In this document: positions 58,457-64,000 of the stretch, piece by piece | Layout: each line of letters opens with the position of its first letter | How positions within the stretch are numbered: position 1 is the first letter of the stretch | Assembly (NCBI RefSeq): GCF_009914755.1 | Contig: NC_060941.1 | Strand: one strand, 5' to 3' | Length of the DNA stretch: 64,000 nucleotides | Origin: the human T2T-CHM13v2.0 reference genome, Homo sapiens | The notes under the pieces: generated by a model | What the model was told of the DNA's origin: nothing | What the model saw: only the letters and a program-made list of their open reading frames with translations | The model's database searches: none | Program-made: the position numbers and the translations under genes

Positions 58457-60352
58457 AGCCTTGTCTTCAACAATCTCCATAAATGCTGTATTTATTTCAG
58501 GAGTCACCTCTTTCTGATGACTTCTTCCACCTAGCGTACTATGAACAGCTCTAGGATGTTGGGGAATAAGATAAAGTTTGCTGGAACGTTGCCTCTGATG
58601 TTCTCTTCCTAACTGAAGAAGGAACAAAACCAAAGTCTAGTTGACCATACAGACCACCTGGTACATGTCCTGTTGTCCTCAGGGTGGAAATTTTTGGATC
58701 TAAAGCCCTTTCTTCTCTTCTCTTAGCCTTTGCCAGAGAATAATACAGAATCATGGCAAAGCAAAGCTGCTCCTACCTGCCAGATGGCAAGGCCCAAGCT
58801 TAGTGGCTCAGAGGGTAGGAGTTGGTGGCAAGGGAGAGAACCCATCTGGTTGCTGACAGCATGTAAGGCTAGTGGGGCATAGACACCCATGCTTAAGAAA
58901 GGAATACGACCTTTAAGAAATCTCAAATTTAGAAACACATACTAAACATCTCTTCCTGAGCTTAGAAGGAGCCTGAGCTTTCTTACATTTCCCCGTTAAG
59001 TTTGGAAACTTTATCATTGGCAGAGGTAGTAAATAAAGTCTCCTAGATGCCGGCATTAAAGAGTTAAGGAACCCTCTGTTTTGTTTTTAATTTTTTTCTT
59101 TCTCTTTGATATTAAGATTAAAAAAGGCACACATTTGAAAACTAATTTACCCTATAAAAAATTAAAGCATTTTTTACCACTGTTTGCTTTTCCAGTTTCT
59201 TTAATTTGGGTAATTGCTTAGTCAACTTTCAAAAATATATATTCTGTCTTTAAAAAAACAGCCAAATATGACGGATCACCTTCATTTTCATTTCAGATTT
59301 GGCATGCAGGACCCAGATTGTGTATTCTTTCCATGGCGCCAAACCAGCGTCGGATACTTAATTAATTTCCTTTCGTTTGTGCAGGCTTGCACTTAAAGAG
59401 ACAGTGTCCCATTTTGATGGCTTGCTTTTGGCTGAAGTTCAAAAGTATCACTTCTTAAATCTTTTTTCCCCCTTCAAAACTTCCCAGAGTGCTCTATAGA
59501 AAAAATAAAATAAAATAAAAACACCCTGGTGTTTTTCTCCACCCTCACCCTTCTCTTCACCACCATTTCTTTCACTCTTATTTATTCGTCGTTTAAACCA
59601 ATCTTTCCTTAAAAAGAAAGAAAAAAATGAGAGAAAGGAGGAAGAAATGAAAGAAGCACAAGGATGCATGCGCTCTTGCTTCTTTGCTCCCTGTGTTGCC
59701 TTCCAAGCTGGTGGCGAGGCTGCACTTCATGGCTATGTCAACTGGTCAAAGTCACTGGAAATGATCAAAGACTTTTTGAACACTAAAATAATATCTTCTT
59801 ACCACAAATGAAGGCCTGCATCCTTTTCATTGACATTTCATACCATCTTCAGGATAAAACAAAATGTTCTTAAAGACAAGTGACAGCAGGGTGCACCTGG
59901 GAATAGCTATGCTGTTGAGGGGAAGTGAGGAAGTTGCATGTTTGCAATAGAGAAAGAGGCGGCCAACACCAGGGAACATGCTTGCATTTTGCAAGTCCTT
60001 TTCCTACTGGAAAGTCCTGAATTATTCAGCAGACCACATTATTCTAGAACAGAATTTCCTGGTTCATCTGTTCCATACATTGTGGCACTCAGTATTACAT
60101 TCTACCCAGCAATTTTACACGCTCATGTCCTGAAGAACAAAGTTATTCCAACAAATTGTTGCACAGTGTTTTTGTTTTTTCTCTCTTCGCTCAGCTCGCT
60201 GCCCCAAGAAGAGAAATGGTGGGAAATATTTAATTCCCAGCTCACAGAGACACTAAACAGAAATAATTTTCTATGGGAAGTTTGGCTTTAGCCTAGTTCT
60301 GAAACGAAGGTTCCTATTCCACTGTGGCTTAACATCTGCTGGTTTGGGCCAT

Positions 60353-60644
60353 TCTTTCCTTCTTTCCTTCCTTCCCACCTTCATTCCGTCCTTTTTTTTC
60401 CTTTCTTCCTCCCTTCCCCCTCTCCCCCCTCCCCTCCCCCTCCCCTCCCCTCCCTCTCCCCTCCCCTCTCCCCCTCCCTTCCCCTCCCTCCCCTTCCCTT
60501 CCCTCCCCCTCCTTCCCCCTCCCTCTCCTTCCCTCCCCCTCCCTCCCCTTCCCTTCCCTCCCCCTCCCTCCCCCTCCCTCCCCCTCCCTCCCCCTCCCTC
60601 CCCCTCCATCCCCTTCCCTCCCCCCCCTTCCTTCCCTTCCTTCC
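60353..60644. repeat. Polypyrimidine/polypurine tract of (CCCCT)n and (CCTT)n
   Basis: About 290 bp with only a few purines on the + strand. Confidence 0.97.
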
Positions 60645-60654
60645 ATTGTGCTTT

Positions 60655-61690
60655 GTAAAAAAATTGTGGTAAAATACAACACAAAATTTGCCGTTTTAAC
60701 CATTTTTCAAATATACACTTCAAAGACATCAAGTACATTCATGTCATTGTACAGCCATCACCACCATCCATGTCAAGAACATGCTTTTACCTTTCTAAAT
60801 TGAAATGCCATACCCATTAAATAACAACCCCATTGCTCTTTCACCAGCCCATGCCCATCACCATTCTACTTTCTGTCTCTACAAATCTGACTACCCTAGA
60901 AGCCCCACATAAGTAGAATCATACAATATCTATCGTTTTGTTACTGGCTTATTTCACCTAGCATAATGTCTCCAAGATTGATCCATTTGTAGCATATGTC
61001 AGCATTTCCTTTCTTTTTAAGGCTGAATAATATTCCGTTGTACACATGGTCCACAGTTTGTTTATCCATTCACCTACTGATGGACATTTGGAGTGCTTCT
61101 GCCTTTCGGCTATTATGAATAATGCTGCTAAGAAACACAGGTATATAATATCTGTTCAAGTCCTGCTTTCAATTCTTTTTTAAATTATTTTGTTTTACTT
61201 TTTCAACTTTTATTTTCAATTCAGAGGGTACATGTGCAAGTTTGTTGCCTGAGTATATTGCGTGAAGCTGAGGTTTGAGGTACAAATGATCCCAGCACCC
61301 AGGTTCTGAGCGTGGTATCTAACAGTTAGTTTTTCAACCCTTCCCTTACCCTAGCAGTCCCCGGTGTCTATTGTTGCCATCTTTATGTCCATGAGTACCT
61401 GATGTTTAGCTCCCACTTGTAAGTGAGCACATGTGGTATTTGGTTTTCTGTTCCTGCATTAATTCGCTTAGGATAATGCTCTCCAGCTGGATGTATATAT
61501 ACCCAGAAGTGGAATTGCTGGGTCACATGGCAATTCTATGTTTTAATTTTCTGAGGAACCGCCATACTGCTTCTCATAACAGCTGCATTATTTTATATTC
61601 TTACCAGAAATGCACAAAAGTTCCTATTTCTCTACATCCTTGCCAACATTTGTTATTTTCTGAGCCATTTTTCTTTTATCAAAACATTAT
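60655..61690 (-). mobile_element. L1MB-type 3' end interrupted by a younger L1
   Basis: ttgtggtaaaatac...gccatcaccaccatccat...caccattctactttctgtctcta...atacccagaagtggaattgctgg. Confidence 0.9.
61180..61490 (-). mobile_element. Short L1PA15/16-like 3' end nested in the L1MB
   Basis: ttcagagggtacatgtgcaagtttgtt...gctgaggtttgagg...tgcattaattcgcttaggataatg. Confidence 0.85.
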
Positions 61691-62419
61691 TCTGTTGCCC
61701 GGTAGTTTGCTAACTTCCCAGCAACTTCAGCATTTATTATGCTTGAGCCTTTTCCCAGTGCCAACGAGGTAGGACTTTTCAGCTGATCCATCCTTCCCAG
61801 GTTGAACTGGAAGGTAGAAACAGACAACGGGAAAGCTTATGGATCTAACCTCCTGGTGACTAAAGCTGAAACAGCCTTCCATGGTCTGAGAGTAGACGTT
61901 CAGCCTGTATAGGCTTGGTGAAAATAATTCTTAACTATGATCCAGCTGTCAGTGGCAAGAATCTGCTCTAAAATCATTTCTACAGCAAAAAGAAGTGAGC
62001 AAACTTGGAAAGAATGCTGAAGTAAAGCAACTCCTTGTTGGTGGCCATAAAACAGCAGTCCCTATTTCCACCTCTTCAGTCATCTTTATTGCCCCAGGCC
62101 CTGGGCAGTAGGGAACCTGCACTTCATATTTTATTCTACCCCTAGGTATTAGCTTTACTGTCTATTCTATATAATATATATTCTATAATATATACACATT
62201 TAACATAACAAGCACAATGTATTTTGTTTTCTATGTAATATTTTTATCTTATATTGGCAACAAACTATATATATCCACACCTCTTAGGAAAATACCCCAC
62301 TTGCAGAAGTGGAAGATAAAAAGCAGTCAACACTTTGCTTCCTCTTATGCCGGTGTCATCGTGTCTATGAGATCTTCAGACTTTTCTACTTCTTGCTCTA
62401 CCTCTAGGTTCCTGAATGA

Positions 62420-62751
<332 letters not shown>

Positions 62752-63026
62752 AAGAGCTGCATTTTCTATAGTTCCTCTCTATAGTCCCGGCTGTTATATT
62801 GACTTGTGTGGTCCATCATCGATTCATTCTCTGCATCCAATCCAGAGAGAGCACCCCCTAGAAAAGCTTTCCTCCCTATCTAAAAATGTGTCAAAACTGA
62901 CCTAATGTATATATTCAAGGAATGTAGAAGACAGAAAACAAAGTGTCAGGGAAGAAATGGCCCTTCAAACCATATCCTTTGTAAGTTAATGATGACAAAC
63001 AGCAACCAAAATCTCAGGCCATATTG

Positions 63027-63439
63027 TGATATGGTTTGGACTTGTGTCCCCACCAAAATCTCACATGGAGATGTCATCCCAGTGTTGGAGGTGGGGCCTG
63101 GAGGGAGGTGATTGGATCATGGGGGTGGAGGTCTCATGAATGGTTTAGCCCCATCTCCTGGTGCTGTTCTTGTGACAGGGAGTGAGTTCTTATGAGATCT
63201 GGTTGTTTAAAAGTGTGTGGCACCTCCCACCTCTCTCTTGGTCCTGCTCCTGCCATGTAAGACGCCTACTCCCACTTTGCCTTCCGCCATGAGTAAAACT
63301 CCCTGAGGCCTCCCCAGAAGCAGATGCCGCCACGCTTCCTGTACAGCCTGCAGAACTATGAGCCAATTCAATCTCTTTTCTTTATAAATTACCTAGTTTC
63401 AGATATTTCTTTACAGCAGTGAAAGAACTGACTAATATG
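63027..63439 (+). mobile_element. MSTA MaLR solo LTR
   Basis: tgatatggtttgga...cagtgttggaggtggggcctgg...cctccccagaagcagatgccgcc...ttctttataaattacc. Confidence 0.92.
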
Positions 63440-63829
63440 CCTTGTGATTGGTAAAAGGGAACTAAGAGGGTTCCTATTGAAGAGAAATTGACTGATGTAT
63501 TGGCTAATCAAATCAGGAGGTCTCCTTAAACAGCTCGGAATCTAATGAGGAAGGCAAGTTAAAGAAACCACAGACAAGGAAGGCCAGTTTGTACTATCAG
63601 CTCCTTGGGCAAGCCAGGGATGACCAGAAATACCCAACAGGGACAAATCTTCTCTCTAGCTAGAGGAACAACCACCGGGAAAGAGACAATCCATGACATC
63701 AAGCTGAAAGATGATATTGGCTAGTATTCAGCCTCAGATTCATAAGCCACATATCTGCCCTCTAGAGATGAAACTTCAAGAGCAAAATATGTTTCTAGTG
63801 AGAGGAAATATGAAACGCCTGCCAACAGA

Positions 63830-64000
63830 CACATTTATTTATTAAGTTACTATGTATAAGCACTGTGCTGTCTATTTCATAAATATCATATAATTTAATT
63901 ATTATATCACCCACCAGAGGTGAGTATCATTCTCCCCATTTTACAGGTAAAGAAACTGAGTCAGAAAGGTCCCATAACTCATTCAAAAGCCCAGAGGAAA
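63830..64000 (-). mobile_element. MIR, runs off the window end
   Basis: ctccccattttacaggtaaagaaactgagtcagaaagg. Confidence 0.85.

Noticed and set aside
60271-60738. Gly/Arg/Glu-rich and Pro-rich ORFs
   Set aside because: Artefacts of the stop-free (CCCCT)n tract.

Overview
This window is primate, almost certainly human, non-coding genomic DNA (intronic or intergenic), not a microbial accessory region. It is AT-rich and CpG-poor, and roughly half of it is interspersed repeats. These include 15 Alus (AluJ/S/Y plus one AluYa5 with all five diagnostic bases), L1s of several ages (L1M*, L1MB, L1PB, L1PA), L2, MIR, ERVL and MaLR LTRs, hAT elements (MER3, MER33, MER30, MER5-like), two MADE1 mariner MITEs and microsatellites. 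I can support no protein-coding gene, RNA gene or CRISPR array, and I cannot name the locus. The listed ORFs are repeat-derived, low-complexity or chance. The most unusual structure is at 17242-18266: a fold-back inverted duplication inside an L1PB element. Two segments of nearby sequence were copied back in reverse orientation around a ~380 bp almost pure A/T core, which gives a PATRR-like, cruciform-prone locus. Other notable items are a solo LTR nested in an AluJ with both TSDs intact, a short L1 3' transduction, a TSD-less L1PA2, an old templated insertion in L1 ORF1, a long purine/pyrimidine tract and a few motif-dense candidate enhancers. Repeat subfamily calls come from recalled consensus sequences and should be confirmed with RepeatMasker/Dfam. 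Boundaries of old elements are approximate.
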